Position numbers and translations under genes: made by a program. From the NCBI GenBank assembly GCA_963812605.1, contig CAWEWF010000014.1, forward strand, positions 160,001-224,000: a DNA stretch of 64,000 bases, read 5' to 3'. Below, in pieces: positions 1-10,380 of the stretch. Under the pieces are notes generated by a model. The model saw only the letters and a list, made by a program, of their open reading frames with translations. It was not told the DNA's origin and searched no databases. Source of the stretch: an uncultured Verrucomicrobiae bacterium (GTDB lineage Bacteria; Verrucomicrobiota; Verrucomicrobiia; Palsa-1439). The stretch's first letter is position 1. Each line of letters begins with the position of its first letter.

Positions 1-1201
1 CGATCTCAGCAGCCGTTCAACCTCAAAGTCGGCTGGCCCGGCGGCACCCAAACGCTCGGCACCAACGGCGCGATCTACTCCATTGGCTTCCTCCAGGTGA
101 TGCAGGCGGATCTGTTGCGTGGTTTCAAGCCGGATGGCGTGACTCCCGCGCCGGGCCGCCGCGTGCTGGCCCAGCCGCTGCACGACGCCATTGCGCAAAA
201 CCCTCCGCCCACGAACATTGCGCCGGCCGGTGCCGTGCAGTGGCCACGGATGGTTCGTTCGCAGCAATCATTCCCGCACGCCGCGCGTTAAGCTGGCAAC
301 TCACCGACACAAACGGCTCGCCGATTGTCCGCGAACGCTACTGGATCACGTTCCAACCCGGCGAAGTTCGCACCTGCGCCAATTGCCACGGCATCAATGA
401 GCATGATCAAACCGGTGTCCAGGGGCCTCCGTCCAACGAGTCGCAGGCCTTGCGTACGCTGTTGCGTTTCTGGCTGGCCGGCAATCCCGTTGGCACGGCG
501 CAATTCAGCGCCGCGAATTACTCGGTTTCGGAAACTGCCGGCAGTCTTACGATCCCGGTCAACCGTCTCGGGGGCAGCACCGGTCCGCTCACCGTGACCT
601 TCAATACCACCAATGCCACAGCGTTGGCGGGGGTGGACTACGTCACGACGAACGGCGTGCTGACGTGGATGGACGGCGACGCGACAGGCAAATCGCTAAC
701 CATTCCCATTCTTAATGACGGCCTCGCGGAGAGCAACGAAACCTTTGCAATCGCGTTGACCGGGCTGCCGCGACGAACACGACGATCGTCACGATTCTCA
801 AGCAACCCATTCAAGTCTGGCGCGTGACCAATTTCGACACGAACGCAAACAACGCGGCGATCGCCGGCGACCTGGCCGATCCCGACAATGATGGGGCGGT
901 GAATCTGCTCGAGTACGCGCTTGGTTTGAACCCGAACGCTGCCAATGTGGGCAGTTTGCCAACGGTCGGCCAAACCAACGGTTTCCTCACGTTGACCTAT
1001 ACGCATGTCAACAGCGCGACCGATATTAGTTACCTTCCTGAAGTCAGCAGCGATCTCGTCAACTGGAACAGCGGACCGCTCTTTGTCAGTCAATCAGTGC
1101 TGGCCAGCAACTCCGCTTTCCAAACCATTCAGGCTCGCGATTTGGTGCCGCTGGGCGCAGCATCAAATCGTTTTATTCGGTTGCACATTACCCATCCATG
1201 A
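1..1201 (+). CDS. C-terminal part of a large secreted protein: hydrazine-synthase-alpha-like region with a CxxCH heme motif, a Calx-beta domain and a C-terminal putative sorting domain (5' truncated, frameshifts near 240 and 780)
   Basis: Frame 1 is open from base 1 (QQPFNLKV...RRVLAQPLHD). It continues into DGSFAAIIPARRALSWQL...VRERYWITFQPGEVRTCANCHG, then Calx-beta (AQFSAANYSVSETAG...AGVDY...ESNETF), then DPDNDGAVNLLEYALGLNP...RFIRLHITHP*. Confidence 0.7.
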
Positions 1202-1253
1202 GGGCAGCTCTCGCGCTTGTCGAGAGAGAACGGTGTGGTAGCATGCCCAGCCG

Positions 1254-1901
1254 ATGAACCAGCCGATGGCAAGACAGCGCCCGTCGGTCAAGAAGATCGC
1301 CATCCTCACGCTGGCGATCGGCTGGATGCTGTTTCTGGCGCTGGTGTTTGTGTGTAATATCTGGATCGTCGGCGCGACGAGATCGCGGGTATTTTACGAT
1401 GTTGGTTCCATTCCTTTTAACGAGGACGGGCTGGTGCTGGGGACGGGGAAACTGATCGAGAAGGGCCGGGTAAACCAGCACTTGGTGCAGCGCATCGACG
1501 CGGCTGCGGCGCTGTACCGCAGAGGCAAAGTGAGGCGGCTGATTCTCAGCGGTGACAAGGGACGCGACGAACCCATGGAGATGAAGCGCGCATTATTGCA
1601 ACGGGGCGTCCCGGAGTCGGCCCTGGTCCTCGACAACTACGGACTGCGTACGCTCGATTCGGTGGTGCGAGCGCGCGACGTATATAAGTGTGCCAGGCTG
1701 ACAATCATCTCGGAGCGTTTCCACGATTTTCGGGCGTTGTTTCTCAGTCACTACTTCGGGATCGAGGCGGTGGCCTATGCGCCGAGCGATTTATCGATGC
1801 GTTGGATGGTCCGCCCGACGGCCCGCGAGTACCTGGCTCGCGTCAAGGCGGTGCTGGATCTGTACGTATTGAATACCCGGCCCGCGGTGACCGCCAGCTA
1901 G
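1254..1901 (+). CDS. sanA: SanA/YdcF/ElyC (DUF218) family membrane-anchored protein
   Basis: N-terminal TM helix; motifs GLVLG, RIDAAAALY, ILSGD, GLRTLDSVVRA, FHDFRA, REYLARVKAVLD. Confidence 0.8.
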   Translation: MNQPMARQRPSVKKIAILTLAIGWMLFLALVFVCNIWIVGATRSRVFYDVGSIPFNEDGLVLGTGKLIEKGRVNQHLVQRIDAAAALYRRGKVRRLILSGDKGRDEPMEMKRALLQRGVPESALVLDNYGLRTLDSVVRARDVYKCARLTIISERFHDFRALFLSHYFGIEAVAYAPSDLSMRWMVRPTAREYLARVKAVLDLYVLNTRPAVTAS

Positions 1902-1920
1902 CCTCGAATCGGCTTCGAGG

Positions 1921-2737
1921 CTAGGCGCTGGCCTTCTCCAGCAAGCGCACTTCGCGTTGCGGAAATGGAATTTCAATGTCGCGGGCGCGGAACTGCTCGA
2001 TGATGGCCTCGTAAATCTCCAATTGCGCAGGGCCGTAGTCCGGCACAGCCACCCACGGGAAAATGCCAATCGTGATTACCGACCCGCGAGAGCCTCGATG
2101 CCGACCACGGGTTGCGGCTCTTTGAGCACGCGCGTGTTGGCGTTGAGGATTTCGTGAATCGTGGCCAGCGCGCCCTTCACATCCGAGTTGTAGGCGATGC
2201 CGACGCTCAGGTTGAGTTGGCGGATGTTACCGCAGTTGTGGAGGATTTCGCCGACGATCTTGCGATTGGGAATGACAACACGCGACTTGTCGGAGTGCAG
2301 GAGCGTGGTCGAGAACAGCTCAATGTTGGTCACCTGGCCATTCCACCGGCCAGTTCGATATACTCTCCGATACGAAACGGCTTGGTGAAAATGATCGTCA
2401 AGCCCGCGATGATGTTGCCGAGCACACCCTGCGCCGCCAGGCCGATGCCGACACCCGCGACGCCGATCCCCGCGATCAGGGACGCGACAGGGACGCCGAA
2501 TTTGTCCAGCGCGAGCACCAGGGCGAACCCGAACACAATCAGTCGCACGACGCGGACCATCAGGATGCGGATCGGCGGTTCGAGATGTTGCTTGGTCAGC
2601 CACTTATCGGTGAGACTGCCCAGCCAGCGGGCGACAAGCGCGCCCACAATGAGAATGATGATTGCGCCGACGATCTGGAAGCCGTAGGTGATGAAGAAAG
2701 TAACGATGGTGTTCTGCCACTGTTCTACCGGAGCCAT
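1921..2737 (-). CDS. mscS: Small-conductance mechanosensitive channel (two frameshifts)
   Basis: GVAGVGIGLAAQGVLGNIIAG..KPFRIGEYIE, then VVIPNRKI, then C-terminus IEIPFPQREVRLLEKASA* ending at 1921. Confidence 0.9.
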
Positions 2738-2743
2738 GACATT

Positions 2744-2772
2744 TTTATCCGCGACACGCGGCGCGTTGTCAA
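2744..2772 (-). promoter_or_regulatory. Sigma70-type promoter of mscS, probably leaderless
   Basis: TTGACA-17 nt-GATAAA, 6 nt before the ATG at 2737; no SD. Confidence 0.5.
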
Positions 2773-2814
2773 TTCTCAACTAAGCTGGAGGACTTTGGGC
2801 CGACAACCGCCTGG

Positions 2815-3182
2815 CTAGGTCGATTCGTCCCGATGAACTGTGTTCGGCGAAAACGCCGGTAGGCAAACCGCGATATACTCAGCTCCATCGGGTGATGGAG
2901 TGCTGTATTGGACCCACTCACCTTTGCGGGTGATGACCGCCTGGCCCGCGCGCACCTCGATGACGCCGCCCTTGTGGTTCACCTGCAGCGATCCCTTCAA
3001 TACATACGTGTACTCATCGAATTGCGGCGTTTGCCCGGGTTCGACCCAGCCCGACGGACTGCGCATGTGCGCGATGCTTATCGCATCCGTCTTTGAATTC
3101 ACGCGCCCGACAACTTCGTCGATGAGTTTGGGTTTGTTACCCGCCGGGTGATGCGCGCAGGCTTCTGAATAAGTGTTGGCAT
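2815..3182 (-). CDS. Cupin domain protein (EutQ-like), frameshift near 5' end
   Basis: MPTLIQKP...GNKPKLIDEVVGRVNS...SPSGWVEPGQTPQFDEYTYVLKG...GEWVQYSTP..AEYIAVCLPAFSP. Confidence 0.8.
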
Positions 3183-3205
3183 GACGCCATTTTACAACAT
3201 GCTCA

Positions 3206-4064
3206 TCACGCCGTCACCTGTAGTTCGCCGGCCACGATCGCTTGATCACCAATTGCAGGCGGTGTCGCGTCGCGGCCCTCCAGGAACTCCAGCACCGCGT
3301 CTTCAAATTCCGCCTTGTGCAATTCATACGCCGAATGGCCGCCGCCAGGGATTAGACCCAGGACGGCCGACGGGATGCGGCAGGCTGTCTCGCGCAGCAG
3401 GGACGGTGGGAAGAAGATGTCTTTGGTGCCACCGATGACCAGTGTCGGCGCCTGGATTTGGCCCAGGGACTCCGAACTGTCGTGCGCAAGACAAGCCTCC
3501 AGGGAAACCAGGAAATCCGCCGGATTGCAGGGCATCGTTCGCAATAGCGGAATCAGAAACCGGGTAAAAGTCTTGTGGTACTCAGCCATCGTTACCCGGT
3601 TAATATCCTGGTAAAATTCCCGCCAGCGTTCCTCGTGCGCCAACGCCAGCCAGTGTTCGGGGGCTTTCCGTCCTTCGTCACTAACGCGGTACGCCGCGCA
3701 GGCGATAATCAACCGATTCACATACTCGGGATAGTCCGCCGCAAAATGCTGGGCCACGTAGCCGCCAAGGGAAATCCCCAAAACATCCGCCGTCCCAATT
3801 TCGCATTCAAAGGCCCTCGCATAGTCGGCGGCCATGTCCCGGGTCGTGTATCCGCGGGGCATACCGCGTTTGCGACTGACGATGTAGACCGTGGACGTTC
3901 GGCAAACCGCCGGTATTGTGAAGGGAAATCCCACTTCCGGCTGGTCACATCCCATGCGGCATCGGCCAGCCGGGAAAAATCACCACGGAATGTGGTTTAT
4001 CACCCAAGCGCACATACGAAAGTCCGCCGGGTAACAACCCTTTCTCCATCGCCAACGTTTCCAT
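3206..4064 (-). CDS. Alpha/beta hydrolase (frameshifted in the N-terminal part)
   Basis: GISLGG nucleophile elbow, PTLVIGGTKD, GGGHSAY; GGAGG SD before ATG at 4064. Confidence 0.85.
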
Positions 4065-4179
4065 AAAGGCCTCCTGCCCCTTATGATACATCGAGTTGCG
4101 GTTATGGCTATTGGGCAGCCTTCCGAATTCTACCTAGGAAATGTCACCAGGGTGGTCGACGGCTTTCTCGATTGAACTG

Positions 4180-4920
4180 CTACTCTTTGGGGAGAGTTCG
4201 TTGCGTGTTGCTGTGGGCGACCTGCATGGCCACGAGAAGGGCGATGAGGATGGCCAGGTACATTTGACCGGAGATGGCTTCGAGGTTGGCGAACGCGCGC
4301 GCGGGGCCCGACCTGGGCAGAATATCGCCATACCCCAATGTCGAAAGCGTGCTCATGCTGTAATAGATCAGCGAGTTGATCATCGCAAACTGCGGAAACT
4401 CTACATGACCCGTGGCGATGGGCTGACCGGCCTCCAGTAAGGAGCCGGGATGTAGCACTTCGAGCATGCAAAAGAGAAATGCCCACATCAACCCGAGTAG
4501 CAGATAGGCGCAAATCGCCCCATAAATCGTGTCCGAGGTCACCGTCTTGCTTCTCAGGACGTTCGAGAGAATGGCAATCGCCGTCAGCAGGAGAAACAGC
4601 ACCCCGAAGCCACGGCTGATCGCGGTCGTGACGGGATTCATGTGCTGCGCGAACGCCAGCCATTGTGCGCCCAACATTCCCGCCGCCAGTACGAGGGCCA
4701 CCGCCAGGAAACGGCGGTCGTGGCTCACGGCATAAGCGCCCGCGACAAGGATCACCGCGAAAAACAAACCCACGTGCCGCGTTTCGGCCACTTCCTGGTC
4801 GATGAACGGATAGAAGGCAAACAACAACAGCAACGCGATCAACAAAGTCAGGTACCGCTGCCGCAAAAGCCGATGCCGGGTCCGTTCACTCTCATGGGGA
4901 ATCATCGGGTTCGTCGACAC
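4180..4920 (-). CDS. Potassium channel family (Ion_trans_2) membrane protein
   Basis: Multiple TM helices; selectivity filter STLSTLGYGDILP. Confidence 0.85.
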   Translation of the reverse strand: MSTNPMIPHESERTRHRLLRQRYLTLLIALLLLFAFYPFIDQEVAETRHVGLFFAVILVAGAYAVSHDRRFLAVALVLAAGMLGAQWLAFAQHMNPVTTAISRGFGVLFLLLTAIAILSNVLRSKTVTSDTIYGAICAYLLLGLMWAFLFCMLEVLHPGSLLEAGQPIATGHVEFPQFAMINSLIYYSMSTLSTLGYGDILPRSGPARAFANLEAISGQMYLAILIALLVAMQVAHSNTQRTLPKE

Positions 4921-5022
4921 GCCGCGCAGCTTACCAATTCACCACCGCACTCGTCTACCGCCATGCGTCCCGATCACTAGGTTGCCGAATCCCGCGCCAG
5001 GTATCGCGCGATGCGGACGTAC

Positions 5023-5499
5023 TCATTGCCCGCCCAGCGGGTGGTAGTTCTTATGGATCTTGTCCAAGATTTGATTCGCAGAAGGTGTGACGATCGTCTT
5101 TACGAATGGAGTCCACTTTAAATCGGTGCCGCAAGCATGGATGAAAAGCTCGCGGACACCCCCTCTGGGAAAAATAGGGGTGAACCGCGCCACCGCGACT
5201 TTATCGGTTGAAGCGAATCGTCCATCCTTTGTTGTCATTGCGAAGCCCCGGCCGTTCATGATGTTGTTGGTAGAATCGATGAAGTACTCAACGGACCAGA
5301 TTTTAACAGAGGCATTAGTGGAAACAGCGCGCACGCTCACTTCTACCTGATTGTTGTTGGTGCGGATAACCGAAGCCTCGCTCAAGATGATGTCGGTGCC
5401 ACCAGTTGCAGCCCAAGGACAGGAAATCATGGCGAAGAGCAGCACTACCACGAGTCCAAGTTGCCTGGTTCCAAAGCTCAGTGTACGGACTGGATTCAC
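5023..5499 (-). CDS. Hypothetical secreted protein (Ig-like beta content)
   Basis: Hydrophobic signal-like segment. The likely GTG start (5499) overlaps the stop codon of the duplicated icd 3' end. Confidence 0.5.
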   Translation of the reverse strand: MNPVRTLSFGTRQLGLVVVLLFAMISCPWAATGGTDIILSEASVIRTNNNQVEVSVRAVSTNASVKIWSVEYFIDSTNNIMNGRGFAMTTKDGRFASTDKVAVARFTPIFPRGGVRELFIHACGTDLKWTPFVKTIVTPSANQILDKIHKNYHPLGGQ

Positions 5500-5670
5500 A
5501 TCTTGCTTATCACCGCATCGCCAAACTCGGAGCACTTCACTTTCTTCGCTCCCTCCATCTGCCTTGCGAAGTCGTAAGTGACGGTCTTGGCGTTGATGGC
5601 CCCGTCCATGCCTTGGAGAATGAGGTCGGCGGCTTCGGTCCAGCCGAAGCAGTGGAACGTCATTTCGCCG
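5496..5670 (-). repeat. Diverged second copy of the icd 3' end (icdC-like fragment); direct repeat of 6236-6409
   Basis: Translates [57 protein letters not shown], versus icd [56 protein letters not shown]. Confidence 0.95.
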
Positions 5671-5893
5671 CAGTCAGTTCGCGAGCGTGCAGGACTTCGT
5701 GACCGGAGAGCGAGCGCACCTTGTCAGCTTCTAACGACAGCACAGCGATGGTTTTGCCGTCGGATGTCATGAACTCGACCTCGTAACCTTCGCCGTTACC
5801 GTGCACCATGACGGCAGTACCAATGTCGCCGGCCACGAGGCCGTGCATTGGCAGATCAACCGTCAGGGCTACCAGATCCAACTCCTTAATCAT
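5660..5893 (-). CDS. DUF4926 domain protein (putative antitoxin/immunity protein)
   Basis: [37 protein letters not shown]...DGKTIAV matches the DUF4926 pattern. Confidence 0.85.
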   Translation of the reverse strand: MIKELDLVALTVDLPMHGLVAGDIGTAVMVHGNGEGYEVEFMTSDGKTIAVLSLEADKVRSLSGHEVLHARELTAAK

Positions 5894-5905
5894 AACGGGA
5901 ATCTA

Positions 5906-6231
5906 TCATGGTTTGGTAGGGTATGCAGTAACAAAGTGGGGCGGTGGCCGGTCGTCGCGCAAAATCCAGATTGTGGTAATGGCCAGGCTGCCGCTCCGCG
6001 ATGGGATGCTACCGCGCACAACAAACTTGCGGCCAAAGGGCGACGGCAGTTCCTGCGCGCGTCGGACTCTCGCGCGAGTTGAAGCAAAACGTCCACGAGA
6101 CGCTGTGCCGTGTACCCGGCGGTGACGAAGACGCGTTGTTTGTGCCGACCATGAGCGTGTGTGGCGCTGAGCAAGTACCGCTCAATCTTGTTTCTCTCGA
6201 CGACGGCGTGCTCCGCGTCTGGCAATTTCAT
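5906..6231 (-). CDS. DUF6883 domain protein (putative nuclease-type toxin), frameshift near 6060
   Basis: MKLPDAEHAVVERNKIERYLLSATHAHGRHKQRVF; after the shift SPFGRKFVVRG...TIWIL.....PHFVTAYPTKP*. Confidence 0.75.
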
Positions 6232-6235
6232 CGCG

Positions 6236-7525
6236 TCACATCTTCTTAATCACCGCATCGCCGAACTCGCTGCACTTGACTTCCTTCGCGCCTTCCATCT
6301 GCCGGGCGAAATCGTAGGTGACGGTCTTGGCGTGATCGCGCCGTCCAGGCCCTTGAGGATCAGATCGGCGGCTTCGGTCCAGCCCAGGTAGCGGAACATC
6401 ATTTCGCCGGAGAGGATGACGGAGCCGGGGTTGACCATGTCCTTGTTGGCGTACTTGGGCGCGGTGCCGTGGGTGGCTTCGAAGATGGCGTGGCCGGTGA
6501 TGTAGTTGATGTTGCCGCCGGGCGCGATGCCGATGCCGCCGACCTGCGCGGCCAGCGCGTCGGTGAGATAATCGCCGTTGAGGTTCAGCGTGGCGATGAC
6601 GTCGAAGTCCTCGGGCGGGTGAGCACCTGCTGCAGCGTGATGTCGGCGATGGCGTCCTTGATGACGAGGCCCGCGCCGGGTTTGCCTTCGGGAATCTTGC
6701 ACCACGGGCCGCCGTCGATCTCCGACCGCGCCGAAACGCTCCTTGGCGAGCTCGTAGCCCCAGTCGCGGAAGGCGCCCTCGGTGAACTTCATGATGTTGC
6801 CCTTGTGGACAATCGTGACGCTCTTGCGCTTGTTCGTGATGGCGTAGAGGATGCGGCGTGGATCAGGCGGTTCGTGCCGAGATAGCTGACCGGCTTGATG
6901 CCGATGCCGACATCCACGTCCGGGCGGTGCGGCGCGCCGATGGCCTCAAGCTGCTTCAGCCACTGCGCCGCCGCTTCTTTGGTTCCGAAGCGGATTTTCT
7001 TGAATTCCTTGGGAAATTCCTTCGCCAGGAAATCGAGGATCTTCTGCGCTTCGGGCGTGCCGCCCGCGTACTCGATGCCGGCGTAAATGTCCTCGGTGTT
7101 CTCGCGGAAGATGACCATGTCCACCTTCTCGGGATGCTTCACGGGCGAAGGCACGCCCTTGAACCAGTGCACCGGGCGCAGGCAGACGTAGAGATCGAGC
7201 ATCTGGCGCAGCGCGACGTTGAGCGAGCGGATGCCGCCGCCGACGGGCGTGGTGAGCGGGCCTTTGATGCCGACGAGGTAATCCTGGAACGCCTCGACCG
7301 TGTCGTCGGGCAGCCAGTTGTTGAATTTCTTGAAGGCCTTCTCGCCGGCAAAAACCTCCATCCAGGCGATCTTGCGTTTGCCGCCGTAGGCTTTCTTCAC
7401 CGCCGCGTCGAACACGCGCTCGGCGCGGCCCAGATGTCGGGGCCGGTGCCGTCGCCGCGGATGAAGGGAATGATGGGATTGTCGGGAACGTTCAGTTTGC
7501 CGTTTTGAATGGAAATCTTTGCCAT
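6236..7525 (-). CDS. icd: NADP-dependent isocitrate dehydrogenase (several single-base frameshifts)
   Basis: [65 protein letters not shown]. Confidence 0.95.
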
Positions 7526-7560
7526 GAATTGTGGTTCTCCTCGCCTAAAAAAGTGCCGCG

Positions 7561-7588
7561 ATGATAGCAGAGAGCACAGGGCAGTCAA
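7561..7588 (-). promoter_or_regulatory. Sigma70 promoter of icd
   Basis: TTGACT-16 nt-TATCAT with an extended -10 TG; GAGGAG SD before the ATG. Confidence 0.6.
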
Positions 7589-7640
7589 CCTTGCGTGAGC
7601 AGCATTGCCTTCGCGCGGCGTCCGTCGTATCGTGCGACCC

Positions 7641-8451
7641 GTGGGTTACGCGATTTTGTTTCGCCAGTTTCCCCTCGATCAACTGGATGCGCTGGCGCCG
7701 GTCGTTGCGGGGATTTACGGCATCAACGATTACGACGCGCGCACGAAGATCCGCAAAGGCTGGGGATTTCTGGAGCGGGACGCCTCGAAGGAAGACGCGC
7801 TCCGAATCGTGGAAGGCGTGGGCGATTATGCTGGCGGCGTTGTCTGCATAGACAACACCGCGCTCCGCATGCCCGGCGGGAACCGCGCGTGACCACGGGA
7901 GTCGAGTTCGCGCCCAACGGTTTCACGCTGCGCTTGCAATCGACCGAAAGATCCCACCCGTTTCCTCGAATGGGCACAGGTGGAAGTGGTGTCCGCGGGC
8001 CAGTTTTCGGAGGAGATTATCAAACGCGTATCGGGTGGCGACGAAAAGAAAATGGGGGCGATGATGCTGGGCGTCGGCGTATTTCTCGCCACCGGCATAC
8101 CGCCCGGCCTGCTGGGCGGCGGCAAGAAAAAGAAGAAGGAAGCCAAGCCCGAGAAAACCATGCGCACGATCACCTTCGGCCGGATCGTCACGATCACCGG
8201 CGAACAGTTTGCCTTCGGTCCCGAGCACTTTGATTTCTCCGGCCTGGCCGAGAAAAAGCAGTTAAACACCGGCGCCAACTTCCGCGTGCTTCTCGCGGAA
8301 TTGGCCGCTGACATCCGCCAAGGTGAACCGCGGCGCGCGCCTCCTGCTGGACAACCGCTCCCTGACCTTCGCCAACTACGCCGGCCCGCACGACTTCGAA
8401 ACCGAATTGCTTTGGCTGCTAAATGTCCCGCGTGGTGATAGCGCCGAATGA
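7641..8451 (+). CDS. Hypothetical protein (frameshifted); probable distant paralog of 19306-20064
   Basis: Pieces in ORFs 7605, 7595 and 7980 join into one reading ending [33 protein letters not shown]. Confidence 0.55.
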
Positions 8452-8474
8452 ATCGGGCAGCGTGACGTGGAATC

Positions 8475-9313
8475 TTATTTCGCGCCGGGGACATCCACGC
8501 GGGCGCGGTAGAGACCGGTGCGGGCGCAGATGTAGAGGGTTTTGCGGTCGGGGTCGCCGAAGGCGACGTTGGCGGGGCGCTCGGGCAGGGTGATTTCGCC
8601 AAGCTGCTTTCCGGTGCGGTCAAAATTTCGACCGATTTCATTGCGGAAATGTAAAGGGTGCCTTCGACGTTAACCCGGAAGCCGTCGGGGCGTTCTACTT
8701 TGCAGAAAACACGACTGTTTGTAATGCTGCCGTCAGCGTTTACATCAAAAGCGCGGAGGTGACCGAGTTCCGTGTCGGCGATGTAGAGAATTTTTTCGTC
8801 GGGCGAAAAAGCGAGGCCGTTGGGTTTGACGAAGTCCCGCGCAACCAGGGTGAGTGTCTCGCCCTTCGGCGACACGCAGAACACACCTTGGAAATCCAAT
8901 TCGCGCAGATCCGGCTTCACGCCGTAGGGCGGATCGCTGAAATACACCGAACCGTCGCTTCGACACACGATGTCATTGGGGCTGTTAAGCCGCTTGCCTT
9001 CATAGTGTGTGGCCAGCGCGTTGACCGTTCCGTCGTGCTCGGTGCGCGAGGTGCGACGGTTTTCGTGTTCGCAAGTGACGAGACGGCCCTGCGGGTCGAG
9101 CGCATTGCCATTGGCCTGACCGCTGGGTTCGCGGAAAATACTGAACGAATTGGTCGCCGGCGTGTAGCGGCGAATACAACTGGCCGGAATATCGCTGAAG
9201 AGCAGTTCGTTCCGTGCCTGTACCCACACGGGTCCTTCCAGAAATTGGAAATTTCCCGCAATTTTTTCAGCTACTGTGGCGAATGTTGATGATGTCGCCG
9301 TCTTCCACGACAT
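8475..9313 (-). CDS. SMP-30/gluconolactonase/LRE family protein (frameshift near 8620; start uncertain)
   Basis: FLEGPVW, LLFSDIP, LNSPND, YFSDPPYG, PNGLAFSPDE, PDG; C-terminus PANVAFGDPDRKTLYI. Confidence 0.9.
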
Positions 9314-10355
9314 ACTCTTTGCCTTTGACATGGAGCTTGCCAGTTTCCTTGAGCTTTACTTCCGCGGCGTGCCCGGTGTCGGCAGCCCCGATCAGGTCGC
9401 CGTATTTCATCACCTCGGCGCGGATGAAACCGCGGGCGAGGTCCGAGTGAATGGCGTGCGCTGCGTCGACGGACGTGGCGCCGTGACGAATGGTCCAGGC
9501 GCGGACTTCGTCTTCGCCGCTCGTGAAAAACGAGATGTAACCGAGCGCCTTGTAGAGAAAACGCGTGAGAATGTTAATCGCTGGTTCGGTGATGCCGAGC
9601 GCGGCCAGGAATTCGGCGCGTTCGGCGGGATTCTCGATCTGCGCGACCTCGGCCTCGGTCTTGGCGCTGAGTTCGCAGACTTCGGAACGCGGGCCGGTGA
9701 GTATCGCCTGGGCGGCTTGCACCAGCTTCGGGTTTGGGAAATTACTTTCGCCACAATTGAGGGCGGTGACGATGCCCTTGACCGTGAGAAACTGCAACGA
9801 GCGCATTCGTTTTTCTTCACCCTCATGCCAGGCATATTCGCGGAGTGATTTTCCAGCTTCCAGATGCGGCTTGAGTTTTTCCAGCAGCGCGGCTTCGTCG
9901 GCGCGTTCCTGCTCGAACTTGCGTTTCTGGTCCTGCGCGATGCGATTGAGTCGCGTCTCGATGAGACTGAGGTCGCTGATGGCGAGTTCCAGATTCATCG
10001 CCTCGATGTCCCGCAGTGGATCGACCGAGCCGTTCACGTGAAACACGGCCGGATTTTCGAAGGCCCGGACGACGTGGCAGAATGCATCCATGTCCTTCAA
10101 CTTGTTGAGCCATTGCTCGCGCGGCTTTGGCTCGTGAGGCGGGGCGGGGGCGAGCGTACACTCGATCTCGGCGTACTTCGTCTTCTTCGGATTGTACATC
10201 GCCGAAAGCCTGTCAATACGCTGGTCGGCGACCTTGACCGTACCGATGTGGTATTCGGTGGCCCGGCCAAGCAAGTGGTCAACCCCCACACCTGTAAGCA
10301 GGGAGAAGACCGTCTTTTTGCCGACTTGTGGCAGGCCAATGAGCGCGATTTTCAT
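9267..10355 (-). CDS. ychF: Ribosome-binding ATPase YchF (OBG family), somewhat divergent P-loop
   Basis: GLPQVGKKT, HVVRAF, FFTSGEDEVRAWTI, IHSDLARGFIRAEV, GKEYVVEDGDII. Confidence 0.9.
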   Translation of the reverse strand: MKIALIGLPQVGKKTVFSLLTGVGVDHLLGRATEYHIGTVKVADQRIDRLSAMYNPKKTKYAEIECTLAPAPPHEPKPREQWLNKLKDMDAFCHVVRAFENPAVFHVNGSVDPLRDIEAMNLELAISDLSLIETRLNRIAQDQKRKFEQERADEAALLEKLKPHLEAGKSLREYAWHEGEEKRMRSLQFLTVKGIVTALNCGESNFPNPKLVQAAQAILTGPRSEVCELSAKTEAEVAQIENPAERAEFLAALGITEPAINILTRFLYKALGYISFFTSGEDEVRAWTIRHGATSVDAAHAIHSDLARGFIRAEVMKYGDLIGAADTGHAAEVKLKETGKLHVKGKEYVVEDGDIINIRHSS

Positions 10356-10380
10356 AGCGAAAGCCTGACAGCGTGGAAGG

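Noticed and set aside
1-470. Evidence for anammox metabolism
   Set aside because: HZS-alpha-like domains occur outside anammox bacteria; no hzsB/C or hao genes are in the window.
7826-9331. 501-aa lactonase fusion in the ORF track
   Set aside because: Artefact of a frameshift near 8620; the real C-terminus ends at 8475.
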